Shown: piece by piece, positions 51,298 through 64,000 of the stretch
Numbering within the stretch: the stretch's first letter is position 1
Layout of the letters: every line of letters starts with the position of its first letter
Source of the DNA: Geosiphon pyriformis uo1
Lineage: Eukaryota; Fungi; Glomeromycota
NCBI GenBank assembly: GCA_016748015.1
Contig: JAAOMT010000570.1
Coordinates: 500,043-564,042 of the forward strand
Length of the DNA stretch: 64,000 bases
Direction: 5' to 3'
The notes under the pieces: generated by a model
Told to the model about the DNA's origin: nothing
Databases searched by the model: none
Seen by the model: only the letters and a program-made list of their open reading frames with translations
Made by a program: the position numbers and the translations under genes

Positions 51298-54200
51298 AAC
51301 TTCTTTCTTTCGTTTATTCCAAAAATTCTCAGAAAGAGTCAAAGATTTTTTTGAAAGAAGTTTATTTCATCATTCAGTACAATAAAACCAAACCGTTTTT
51401 TGATTTTGAGGCCACTGTTGGCCCTAGTGTTGCTGTTATGAAGAAGATTGCTGAAAAGTCTGGTTTTAATGGTGGTTTCAAACCTGTTTTGTCAAGGAAA
51501 AAAAGAAAAAGTGTTGCTCTGGAAGAGAGTGCTGGTGGCAAACAGGTTCCAACTAAGATATTTGATGGTCATTTTTGGAGTTCTGAGACTGGTGACACTA
51601 CCGAGTCTGAAAGCATTAATATGAAAAAGGAATGTCTGGTTGAAAAAACCAGCTTTGACTATGGTGAAAAAGGTGTTTTAACTAATGGAGATTATAATAG
51701 TACGTCTAAAGGGCCAAGTGTTATAACTACTAAAGCATTGGGCAAGCCATTAGATAAGATAGATTTCTTGGGTTATGATGATAATAATAATAATGTTTTC
51801 TTGGATACCCCTTTGGAACTCCTTCCTTCTTTGAAGAATTTGGTCTCTGTCTCTGTTAGAAAATCTTTTGCTTTGGATATTGGCTTGGATAAAGTGGTTG
51901 GGAAATCTTCTCAAGATAAGCTGACAGTGGTTAGGAAATTATTTTCAAAAGTTAATGGTTTTGGGGGGCCTCTATTCACTCAAAATTTTCAGGGATCATC
52001 TGTGCTTCTTTTACTTCCGAATCTAGTTTAGCGCAGGCTACAAAAAAGGCAAGGGTGGCAGATATTTTGGTGAACACTGATCTTAAGAAATCATCTGGTC
52101 GCTCAGATCGGGCTGTGGTGGTAAAGAAAATTCCAGTTGGAACATTAGCTGAGGCTGTGCACACTGTGCTTTCTGAATTTGATTCTGTTGTGTCAATCAA
52201 AATGCAATTGGTGGGGCTGTGGCAAAAGGCTGTGGTCAAATTTATCCAATTAGATTAGGCTGATTTGGTCACAGCTAAATGGTTCATTTTAATCAAAAAA
52301 GATGTCGTGAGAGTGGCTAAGACTAATTTGAACAAGGAATCATGGAATACAAGGGATCAGCATAGGGCTTTGCTCTATACACTGCTGGTGGGCACTAATG
52401 CACATAATATTTGAGATTTTATTGGTTCTGTGAATGGAAAAACATGTATCATTGATTAACACCCTGTTACATATGCTCAGACCAGATGTGCTATTGTTTG
52501 TTTTAACTCTGCTGTGTCAATTGATGCTGTTATAAAAACTACACCCATTTTGAAGGACACCAATTTGTGGTGGGCTCATCTGAGTTCTGCTAAGTGTGCT
52601 AAGTATGGGAATTTGGATCATACTTCTCTGAATTGTTCTGTGAGTGAGAAAACTTCTTCTGGTGGACTGACTCATAGGATATTATCTGAGAATGATAAAA
52701 GCAGGCTGGTTTTCATTTATGCAAGACACTCTGTTCCAATCTCCTGTCCTGTGTCTTTTGGTAGTGTCTCATGAGCCAATATTGTTGGTAGGTCTTCTCT
52801 TTCTTTTCTCCCTGTACGCAATGGCTCAGCTTCTTCTGGTTTCTCTTCAGAAATAAAACCTACCCTGTTGGTGTCTATGGAATTAAATAATAAATTTGCC
52901 ACTCTTAAGCATAGTCTTGCCAGTCTCACAGAAATGCATTGATATGTTGGCTAAGAGGTTGGACTCATCTGGGCCAATGGTTTTCCAGCCTAGCCCTAGA
53001 TGTCAGCCGTTGGTGATTCCTTCATCACAGAATTAAGGGACAGATATAGTGATGAGTGAGGGTTCAGGTGTGGCCACTAGTGGTGAGACTATTGCAGGAG
53101 TGGCAGTTTTTAATCCTTCAGTTATGTCTAAAATGGAAGAGACTCTGAACAATCTTTCAATAACAGTTATGGGCCTCTTGGCCAAAATAGACAATGCTGG
53201 TTTGGTTCGTACTGTTTCTTTCTCTCAATGATGGAGTTGGTGTGGAGGTTTACTATATGTAATGTCCAAGATATTAACGTTTCTACCAAGTAGGCAGATG
53301 TTGTTCATTGGCATAAGGAGTCTGAGAATGTGATATTTTTTATTACAGAAACAAAGTTGAGGCCTGGCATCAGGTCTTGGATCATGAACAAGTTTGAGAG
53401 GGTACATGTCTTCTCTTCTGGATTGGATAAAGAATTTCTTGATGTTGGGGTGGCTATTATTATGAACAGTTCTTTGGTTTGTCATGTTTCTAAGATTGAA
53501 GACATTCCTGGTCAGGTTATTTTGGTATGGCTTCTGTTTAAAGACAAGCTTTCTGTTACAGTTTTGGGCTTGTATGCTGGTGCTTCTGCTTCTGCTGCAG
53601 ACAGATTTGGTCAGGCTTCGGTGATTAACTCTTTTATTGCTAAGGCTGTTAACTCTAGTACATTTATGGTTCTTGGTAGAAATTTCAATAAAAATGGCTC
53701 TAGGAAAAGTGCAAGTTTCAAGTTTTGTTCAGATTTTAGTTTGGTTAATTCATTCGCTGGACATCTATTTATTAATGCTTCTACTTGGAGCAACTTAAGG
53801 GGTGTTGTAAAAGTTATTGATTTTATTTTTGTGAGTAGAAGTCTGTCTTTTGCAGTGACCAGTCATCAGGTTGAACCTGCCTCCGAATTCTTTGATACTA
53901 ATCACAATGCTGTTTTGATCTTGATTGGCTTGGGTGGTCTGCTAGATACTAGTCTTAATAGTGTATGTAAGCAACCTAATAGGGATAGGTGGAAATTCAA
54001 AATCAAGGAAGTTGGTATTGATAAGTGGTTGCATTTTAAGAAATGCTCACTAACCAGATTTTTGGTAAATCTGCTGAGTTTAATAGTGCAAAAGTTGATG
54101 GGAATTTAGATGCTATGTGAGTAATCATTAAGGATGTGGTAGTTGGGGCTGCTAATGAAGTGTTCTCTAGATGCTGGTTTAGTGAGCTAGATTGCTCGAG

Positions 54201-57200
54201 GAATAAACATTCATCAAAATTTTTCAAACTGGAATTGTTAGTGGCTAAGTTGGTAAAGTGTTTAAGGTTATCTGGCAGTTCTGGGACTGATTGCTTAATC
54301 CAAGTTTGGTCCAGAGTCAATGAAAAGAAGGCTTCTAGTTTGTGTAACATGATTGATGATGGTGTGAGTTTGGACTCTATTTTATGTCACTTGTCAAATA
54401 TTAAGAAAAGATATTATAGATCCAAATACATTGAATTCAAAGTTGCAAAAGATGTACTTATTAGAAAGGCAATTGAAAAATACATAAAGAACTTCAGTTC
54501 TAATAAAGAGCATATAATTAAGAGTGTTTTGGAGTGTTCATTTCACAAAGTGGTGCTTGACTATTTAGTCGTAGATAATGATCTGATATTGTTACCTGAT
54601 AAGGTTAAGTCCACAGTTGATAATATTATAGAAGGGTAGACAAAGAAGTATGCAATCCCTGACTTTATTTCTGCTTAATGATCTAGTTAGTATGCTCTTC
54701 TAGATTATGTTGACAACAATGCTTTTTGTGATGTTATGAGTAATATTAGTTCTAATAAGTTTTTTTGGGTGATCAAAAGTTTGCCTAATAGAAAAGCTGC
54801 TGGTTTTTCTGGCATTCCTAATAAGCTTTGGAAACACAGTGATGAGCTGGTTCTGGGTGGTTTGCTGGATATTACTAATGCTTGTTTGGTCTCTGGTGCT
54901 GTACTTATACAATGGAAACAAGCTTGGGTCTCCATAATACCAAAACTGTATGACTGGGAGAGAACTTTCACCAATATCAAACCGATTGCTTTGGTTGAGA
55001 CAGCCTGAAAGATACTTTCCAAAATTTTATCTGACAGGATCTCTTTGGCATGCAGTAAGTTTAATGTGTTGCATGGTGATAACTTCTCAGTCTTAAAAGA
55101 AACATTTAGTTAAACTCCAATTTTCGCTGTTGGTTCGATTGTTGAGAATACACTGGAAAAAGATAGGGAGCTGTGGCTGGTTTTTCAGAATATAAAAAAA
55201 GTATATAACTCTGTTGGGTGGTTTCACATGTTGAACAGTTTAACCAGAATTAAGATGTGTCCCCGCTTTATTAAGTTCTTTGGTGGCATACACAATGGTC
55301 ATACCAATCAAGTGATGACAAATTTTGGGCTCACATGAGGCTATATTGTCTATGATGATCTTGATTAGAGGGAAGTCTTTTTGCCATTGTTGTGGAGAAT
55401 TTTTTATGACCCTTTGCTTTGTGAAGTCAAGAAACATAAAGAATTATATGAATACAAATTAGACTCAAAATTTTTTTCTAAATTTGGCAAGTGGGATCCC
55501 AAGGGTGGGTGGACTTTATTTCTGGCAGCTGGGGCTTTTGTTGATAACACCATTTGAATTGGTAATAGCAGAACTGCTACTTAAAATATTCTAAACATAG
55601 CTAATGAGTTTTTTTGGATCAATAACATTACTATTAACACAGATAAAACAGTTGCCATTTCAATCAACCATAAGGTGGAGTGCCTTTAGCTACAGATTAG
55701 TGAGTCCAATATCTTGATTGCTAAAGGGAATGATTTTTATAGATATTTGGAAATTTTTTTGTCTACAAGTGGTCTTTCCAAATCCAGCCTAAGCAAGGCC
55801 CATTTGGACATTAGGTTTTTTATGAACATGGTTCTAAGAAAGGCTGTTTCAGAAAAACAGTTTTTGTATCTGGTGTTGACAATACTTCAGCCCATAGTTT
55901 GCTACAGAATTCAGTTTACTTATATGCTGCCAGATGTGTGTGAAAAATGGGACAAATTGTTGAGAAAAGGCTTGAAACTCAAAGCTAATTTACCTAAAGA
56001 TTTTTCTAATGAAGCATTGTACCATCCTGAGTTGTATAATTTGAAGTTGTTTAGTCATTTGCAGGCTAAGTGCTTGCTAGCTAACTTGGTTAATTTCATT
56101 AACTTGAAGGGTGTTCTTGGCAGACTGTTCGAACACAGGGCTATGAATCTACAGGCCATTAGTTGGATGTCCCAGCAACCCTTAAGTTTTCCAGTCATAT
56201 TGTCGATCGATCCCACAAACTGCTTTCTGGCTGGCGTGATTGACATGTTGTTGTCATGTGGATCTTTTTTGATCAATAATGTCCCTAATGTTTTTTGATC
56301 TGGCATCAGAGTTCTTATTATGGATATATTGGGTGTCAAAACTTACTTGAGTGTAATTAAGTTGCTATAAAGGTTTGGCATTGTTTTTGTGAACTAGCTT
56401 CTGAACCATTACAGCATGTGCTTCAAATGGAGCACATTTTGCAGATGGAAGAGATTGGACCCCAGAGGCCGCATTCCTGATTGGTTTGTTTTTACAGTTA
56501 AGTTTATTAAGAACAGTAGTTTGGATGGTGGTAATGCCATAGTTTGTTGTTTTGTTCTAAGTGGTTCCTTGTACGATTTTGGGTTCACTAATGAACATCT
56601 TGCACAGTCTGAATTCGGTATTATAAACATTTATACTGATGGCTCAGTTAAGAATTTGGGGTCTGTGGGTGCTTGTGGTAGTGCCGCTGCTTACTTCCTA
56701 TGTGCCAACCTAGATGTGGGTGTTAGGGTTTATGGTCTGCTGTCTTTAACTCTTGTAGAACTGCAAGCTATTGCTTTCACTTTGAACTGTATTTCTGCTT
56801 TGAGCTCTGTTGTCTTGCACACAGACAGCCAGGCCTCTTTGAATATATGTGCTTCTCTGGACTGTTCTATTAACCCTAATTTTCACAAAAAGTGCTGGAT
56901 TAAAAAGAAACACATCTGTTTTGCTGTCGCTTCTAAGAATCTTTCAGTTGCTTGGGTCAAGGTCAAGAGTCACTCTGGGATTGTTGGCAATGAGCATGCT
57001 GACTTTTTTGCAGATGTTGCCACCAATTCAAACTTTGTGCTGCCTATTGGTATGATACATCGCTTTCTTGCTATTGAAGGCAGACCTGTATCAGGTAATG
57101 CTTGTCACTTTGTGAGATGTCTGTTTAATGCTGTTAATTTTGTTAAATAGGAATCTAGGTGTGCTGGATATGCTGTGGATCTTAATCTCAATATGCGTTT

Positions 57201-58052
57201 TGATATGCACCAAACATTTAAAGTTTGACATCTAGATGATAGCATTTGTTCAGGCTTTTCTAGCTCTGCCTTTGTATTGCTTAGGTTTTATTTTATAAAG
57301 GCCTTATACCATCATCTGCCTACTGCTAAAAGGAAAAAAGTATATAAGTCAAGTTATCCTAGTATTTTGTGCATCCACTGTGGTCTTATCGATAATTCCA
57401 ATCATGTGTTTTTATGTAAAAAGGATTCTAATGCCAAAAAAGAATTGATTTCTAATATGGTTAGCAGTTGGACTGATGTTCTGGGCACCAGCTATGCTGG
57501 GTTCTCTGTGGTTTGATTCCTGTGAATGACTGAATTGTTTAACTGCTTGTATATGGCTTTAGCCAAAAGTTTTGTAATAAAAGATTGAATGAATAAAACC
57601 ATGAGTGTATTGAGTTCTGGATCTGATGGGGAATTGTTAATTGTCAGCATGGTCCATAACTTTGCTGCAGGCCACAGATCTGCTATCTGGGTGCTGAATA
57701 CCAGGCTAAGAGTATATTATAAGAAACATGGTTTTTTGCTAAGGGATGGATCTCTGACACCTGCCATTTCTGGTTTGGCCTCTCGGTGGTCTCATAGAGA
57801 GATTTGTAATTTTGGTGTCAAATTGGGTATTTATATGTGTTTTGGCTTACATCTTGGATTGGCGAATTTGTATTTTGGTTTTCTGTGTAACTTCCCTGTC
57901 GTAGGTAATTTAGGTGTGTAGTGTTGTTTTGATTGGTCTGAGTGGCTGGTCACATATAGAAAGAGCATGAGTCATGCTTAATTTAGAGTCTTGTTTGATC
58001 TTATGTATTTAGGTAGTGGTTAGACTGTACTTGTTAAATAAAATAAAATAAA
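51298..58052 (+). mobile_element. LINE copy 3 (divergent sister family), full length, degenerate
   Basis: ORF1 ~51351-53231, ORF2 53228-57921 with APE (ITETKL), RT (GAFVDNTI), RNase H (IYTDGS, HTDSQA, KVKSHSGIVGNEHAD) and CIHC...H...C; TSD AATTAGAATAA (51287-51297/58053-58063). Confidence 0.93.
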
Positions 58053-59224
58053 AATTAGAATAATTGTATATTAGTTACTTTTATATATAAAATATTTTTT
58101 AAGATAAATTTTTTATATAAATTTAACTTAAAATAGTCTAAATCAGCTTAAATAACTAGTTATATATAAACAAACTTAATTTAAAACATATTTTATTATA
58201 TTATATTAGATAATAATTAAATTATATTTTGTTAAAACATTAATAAATAAATAAAATTAGCAATATTTATTGTAAAAAATATATATATTTTAATTAAATA
58301 AGCAATAATTAAACTTTTATATTAAAAATAATAATATTTTATTTATTAACATATAAATTAAAATTTAAACCAAAATTGTTTTAATTTCAATATTATATTT
58401 ATAAAAATAATCCAAAACAATAATTTAAATATACAAGTTATTCAACTAAGTGTTTTCTTACAAAATTATTTCCATTGTAATTAATTGGCTATTTAATAAT
58501 CTTCTTTTTAATTGGTTAAAAAAATATTAAACTACCAAAGTTTTGAACTTTATAAAAAATCTTAATTAAAAAATTAGTAAACAATATTTTGTTTGTAATG
58601 TTTGTTTTAAAAATAAACTAAGCTTAAAAACTCTTTATTAAATTAAAAACATAATTGTTATCAAATTATTAAAAAACAAATAATATATGATTTTAAATAA
58701 TAATGTAATCAATCAGAATTATTTAAAAAGTCAAGTTCCTTTTTGAATTTTTAATTCGGGACTAATAATGTTATTTATACAAAATTGCTTTTTACAAAAG
58801 ATTGTCAATTTTGCAAAAACAAATTTTTATCTGCATTTACTCGGAATAATGGTTCTTTAAGTAGGGAAATTAAAACTTTATATATATTTTTTGGCAACTT
58901 CAATCTGAAGTATGCAGTTCGATTACCACTTATTACTCGATTTTTCATCACTATAAAATCATGTATCTACACAAGATTCACGAGAATATTTGATAATTTA
59001 GGTTTCCGATGTTGGCTTTTGTTTTTAATCCAGAAGATTCCTGAGCCCCTTTTGCGTGCATCCAAATCTCGAACTGAACAAGATAATATTTAAATTCCTC
59101 GCATATTGTCCGTCTAACTAGCTTAGCGAGAAACAGAGCAAACCACGAAAGAAAAAATTAATGCAAACCGCTTGCTTGTATCTAGATTTCGATCGGGCAC
59201 TTAAAAAGGCAAATTTCTAAATAA

Positions 59225-61661
59225 TTAATTAGACCAGCGTTCAAGAGGTCTTTTACGAGGAGTATAATCATAATCAACTGAACGAGGATGATCTCTATCA
59301 ATATATCCTCTATCACCTTCAGCTCGAATGGGATAAACCCTTTCTCTGTGTTCATAACGATCATCCTTAGATAACTCATAATATAACGCTGAGCGCGATG
59401 GATAATCACGCTCGTACTGATGATCATCTGCGTACCAATTAGTCCCATTGACTCTTCTTGGATAATGATCATCATAGGTCGAGCGAGAACGAGTTCTAAG
59501 GGGCGTCTCTCTTTCATAATCTCGAAAGTGGCCCCTTTCTTCATATTTATCACTATACCTAGGACAATAATCATCATAAGGTAATGCATTTGGTATCGAG
59601 CGAGCGTAATATTTATCTAAATAATCGATCGTTGATGTTCTCCCAGGATATCGCGAATAGTGACGGTCATCATATTCTATTAATGGCCGAGGATAATGTT
59701 TCCCAGGTGAATCAGAACTAGTGCATTCGTGACCATTACGAATTGGATGACGAGCATCTCGCTTAGGACTTATAGATCTACTACGATGCCGGTCAAATGG
59801 CAGAACTCGACAATCTCTATCATTACCATTAGATTCCAGAGCTGACCGATATTCATTAGCATTATTTGAAGGAAACCCATTCCCATTAATGCGCGCATGT
59901 GCCGTGCGTTCCTTGTTATAATTATTTGCTATGAGAGGGGTTCTAAATTTTTCCGTTAATTGACGATTTAATGATGGTTCGTCGACAACCATTATATTTG
60001 CAGGAGCAGAATCAATCTCTGATGAAGAAGTGCTTTTTGATTGTCGAGCTCTGGCCTCAGCCTCTAGGTTAGCCTTAAAGTAATCCCCAGAGTGGAAAAT
60101 TTTATTTTCAGTCAAATTCTTGGTTAAATGTCCACTCATATCCATAGGAGAAGAGACTTCTTTTTCTGTGCTACTCTTTCTTCGGTCCTCTTCCGAACCC
60201 TGTTCACCGTTGACTACTATTGCATTGGGAGAAGGAATTAATTTTGGCTTAATCTTTGGATGAGCCCCTGACTCAATTTGACTCTTTAATTTTCGAAGGG
60301 TATTAATAATTTCTTCTGTTACTTCTCCAGGCTGCCTTTCGACTGGTAAAGAGATTTCTTCATGTGGATTACTTCTGTTTTCAAGGAGTGGGGCATCTGT
60401 TTTTTTATCTGTGGAGGAAGATATTAGCAGGTCCCCAGATAATGAATTCTTTTTTTCTTGTTCTAGTGACTTATTTTTTTCCTGCTGAGATGAGTTGTTT
60501 TTTTCTTTTTCAAATGAGTTTCGTTTTGCCTGATCAAATGAACTACGTTTTCCCTGCGTAGATTTATTTTTGGCATTCGATGTATTAGAGTTGTGATAAT
60601 ATGAGGATCGCGAGAATGATTTTTCATTTGATTTGTCAGTCAAGGGAGATACATGATTCTGCGAGAACTTTTGCATATACGTTTTACTGCTATATTCTGA
60701 TCCTGCATGTCCGGATAATCTTTGAACCTGTTGTTCTGTTTGGATTCCATTGAAAGAAAAAACTCTTGTAGGTTGATATGATGAGCTATTCCAATTTGAT
60801 CCATACTGTTGAGCAAAAGCTGGAGACATACTTGAGGAGCTCATAGATTGAATTCCCGTATTACTAGGCGGCAGCATTTCAATGGGTGTTTGTGGAAACT
60901 GTTGATGAGGTTGCCCATTGGGCATAATATTCAAACTGGGGTTAACCTGCTGAAGATAAAATGATTGTGCAGGTGAAGACTGGGTTGTAAAAATAGATGA
61001 TTGCTGCTGTTGGGTGGGATGCTGGGGCTGTTGCTGAAAAAAAGGCCATGCTGGAAGAATTGTTTGGGGGACAAGCGGTCGCAAAGTAGTTGGGCTCAAG
61101 AGTGGTTGTTGAATAGGATTAATATTCTGAGACCTGAACAACGATAACGTTGTTGCACCTAATTGTAAAGAATTCGAACCAAGAGCAACAGAATTTAATC
61201 CCAATTGAACACTATTAGATGAATTACCTGTTCCATTTGTACTTAATTTGACACCATTTGATGATAAAATGCTTGGCATCACTGGTCCACCATTCTGTTG
61301 ATTCCCCTGGACGCCATTCCCAGTATTAGAACCTGATTTTCCATCCATCAATTATATTAATGTATTTAATATAAGAGTTGTGACCATAAAAATTACCGCG
61401 AAAGTTAAGATCGATGATCTAAGTAAGAAGGCTTCTTACAGAGCACTTGAAACTTTTTTAATAATAACCAGCAATTCCAATACCTTTTACTGAGTTGAAA
61501 CCCACTTGTCGTTGTTGAGGTTCTAAATTGCTTTTTCCAATTGCAGGTGGCCTACGTGCAGGTGGATTTTCACACCATTTACAACCTATACGACACCTTT
61601 CAGTGCAATCAAACTTTTTATGCCCGAAACTCCCGCAATGATGACAACGTTGGGTATCCAT
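59225..61661 (-). CDS. Uncharacterised protein: N-terminal CCHC zinc knuckle, Q/P/S-rich region, R/D/Y-rich C-terminus; exons 61661-61506, 61418-61397, 61332-59225
   Basis: Intact 708-codon CpG-rich ORF; upstream ORF with CHHCGSFGHKKFDC; two phase-compatible GT-AG introns (87 and 64 nt) flank a 22-nt exon. The 3' end may have a further exon. Confidence 0.75.
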
Positions 61662-61799
61662 ACTTTTACAACTTTGCTTGGCAAAATACGATTTCGGTAT
61701 ATTTTAAAGTGAATTTCGAAAATTAAGTTGCAAATTAGAGATTCATCAAATTTACGATTCGTAAAAATGAAACATCAGATACGGGCAAATCGAACAAGT

Positions 61800-61807
61800 G
61801 TCACGTG
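61800..61807. promoter_or_regulatory. GTCACGTG E-box (Cbf1/USF-type) candidate
   Basis: Exact motif about 140 bp upstream of ATG 61661, at the edge of the AT-rich DNA; motif match only. Confidence 0.3.
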
Positions 61808-62689
61808 CTTGCGAAAATGAAAAATAGTATTATTATTATTATTATTTACATATATAAATTCATTGTATTATTTTAAAATTATTTTTACTATAATAATATT
61901 TTTTAGATAACAATTTATTTAATCATCATATTTGTTAAAAAAATAAATATATGTTTTAAATAATAAATAAATAAAAATTGATATAAAATTAATATATTCA
62001 TAGCAAATTAAAAATTGGCGAAAATAAATTTCTAATACCAATTAATTTTTCGATAAAAATTAATAATACCAAAAACTTTGAAATTATAATTAATTTATAC
62101 ATTAAAGAAAAAACAAAAATTTAAACATAATATTATGTAAAAAATAAAATAAAATATTAATGTTAACCTAAATAATTAATTAACAAAAAAAACAATACAA
62201 AAAATAGTTATTGTCAAACAAAATATTTAATTAAAAAATTTTAATATTATTTTTTTATTTATATTATTAAAAAATTAACCTTGAAAAATTGTAACTCTTT
62301 AAAATAATCAATAAATTTATTTTAAATTATTTTTTATTTGTAATACTTTGTTATGTTTTTATTAATATATTTTTTTTATTAAATTTAACATATAGTTCAA
62401 TTTTTATTTAATATATTAAACTAAGTAACTTAGATTAAATATAGTTTACATGTTTTTTATATATAACCAGATACAAGTTCAGTCTAAATTATACTATCTT
62501 GAAATTATAAAAGAAGATTTATTTTAAAAAAATATCTTACTTATAATAGTAACTAGTGTATTATTGTTTTTAATAATAATATTTAACTATTTAACTATTA
62601 TATTTGTATTAGATTTAATACTATTAAATTAATATTTTTAAAAAATAATTGATTTAATATAAATTTTATTATCAAAAAAATTACTATTA

Positions 62690-64000
62690 TATTTATTTAT
62701 CAGGCTTTGAAAACTGTTCATCTTATCAATATTTAAGCTATTATTAATAAAAAAAAAGCTATTAAAGTTCATGTTATAATTAGTACTGGTATTGGTTTTG
62801 AGAAAATCTTGTGTTATTTGTCAAGTGTTAAAAAAAAGTATTGCAAATTCAAGTATTATAAATCCAAGTCTGTTAAGAACAATCTTATTAAAAAATTTAT
62901 AAACAAATACATGAAAAATTTTTGTTTTAATAAGAGAAAAATAATCAGAAGTGTCTTGAATTGGTTATTTCAGAAGGTAATTTTTGATTATTTAATAGTT
63001 AATAACAAACTGGTTCTAGAGCCATAGGTAGTCAATTCATAATTAATACAATCATAGAAGAATAAATGAAAAAGTATGCAATGCTTGATATTTTGTCTAA
63101 TTATTGGCTTAATTAATATGTTTCTTTAAACTATGTTAATAATAAAACTTTTTCAAATATTATGTGTAAAATTAAGCTTGATGAGTTTTTGCAGATTGTC
63201 AAGGATTTGTTTAATGGAAAAACTACTAGTCTATTTGGTATTCCAAATAAGCTTTGAAAGAATGATAATAAGCAGATTCTGAGTGGTTTGTTAGATATTC
63301 TGAATAGATATTTGGTGTTGAATGCTGTTTTCATACAATAAAAAAGAGTTTGGGTTTCTATGATATTAAAGCCATATGATTAAAAAAGGGCTCTAATAAA
63401 TATCAAACCAATAATCTTAATTGAAACAGTCTGTAAAATTTTGTCCAAAATTCTTTTGAATAGGATCTTTTTGGCTTGTAATAATTTTAATGTTTTATAT
63501 AATGATAATTTTTCAGTATTAAAAGACATATCTATTTAATCTCTTATTTTTGCTATTGGCTCTATTGTTAAAAATGTATTAAAAAAAAGTTGTAAACTAT
63601 AGCCAATTCTACAGAATATGTGCAAAACATATAATTCAGTTAATTGGTTTTATTTAAAAAACAGTTTAGTTAGAGTCAAAATGTGTCTCTATTTTATTAA
63701 GTTTTTTGAAAACATACACAATAAGTGGATCAATCATATAATGATAGATTTCAGGCTTATTGATGAATATACTATTTATAATGAACTGGATCAAAGTGAA
63801 GTTTTCTCATTTTTGTTATAGAAAATTTTTTATGATCTATTGCTCTATGAGATTAAGAGACATAAGAGTTTGTATAAATATAAATTGGATTCAAAATTTT
63901 TTATGCAAACTGGCAAACAGGATCAAAAGAGTGGCTTGACTTTTTTTCTTACAATAGGAGATTTTGTAGATGATACTATTTAAATTAAAAATAGCATGTC
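62690..64000 (+). mobile_element. LINE copy 4, ORF2 fragment (pre-RT and RT), strongly AT-decayed, runs off the window
   Basis: IIRSVLNWLFQKVIFDYLIVNNKLVLEP, ELDQSEVFS and GDFVDDTI are homologous to copies 1-3. Confidence 0.85.

Noticed and set aside
9917-57921. Dozens of short ORFs as independent genes
   Set aside because: They are colinear fragments, frameshifted pieces or antisense shadows of LINE and Gypsy ORFs.
58785-59589. ORFs 58785-59093 (+) and 59182-59589 (-)
   Set aside because: One is a TTG-start ORF in the probable 3' UTR region on the opposite strand; the other is an alternative frame of the 708-aa ORF; no motifs.

Overview
Eukaryotic, intron-rich, AT-rich fungal DNA. The gene style and TE families suggest Mucoromycota/Glomeromycotina, Geosiphon-like; this is an inference and was not database-checked. 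The window has two small CpG-containing gene islands. The first (1-5.7 kb) holds the 3' part of POP1, GDT1/TMEM165, a p24-alpha (ERP1/TMED9-type) gene and HOG1 MAPK with 13 exons. The second (59.2-61.7 kb) holds a zinc-knuckle, low-complexity protein gene. Between them lie about 53 kb of dead retroelements and extremely AT-rich DNA: three near-full-length LINEs (APE-RT-RNase H), a full Ty3/Gypsy element (A) with a second, oppositely oriented Gypsy (B) nested inside it, three solo LTRs, an apparent ORF1-only (HAL1-like) LINE derivative and orphan LINE 3' tails. A fourth, partial LINE lies beyond the second island at the window end. Most notable: (i) the repeats compared by eye are decayed almost only by C>T/G>A transitions, in CpG and non-CpG contexts (RIP-like); (ii) a structured ~130-nt 3' tail is shared by divergent LINE families and by the ORF1-only element, suggesting a helper/parasite retrotransposition system; (iii) Gypsy B carries a dUTPase and a CxxC-rich domain, and both Gypsy elements carry a non-env third ORF ending in a shared pre-PPT motif.
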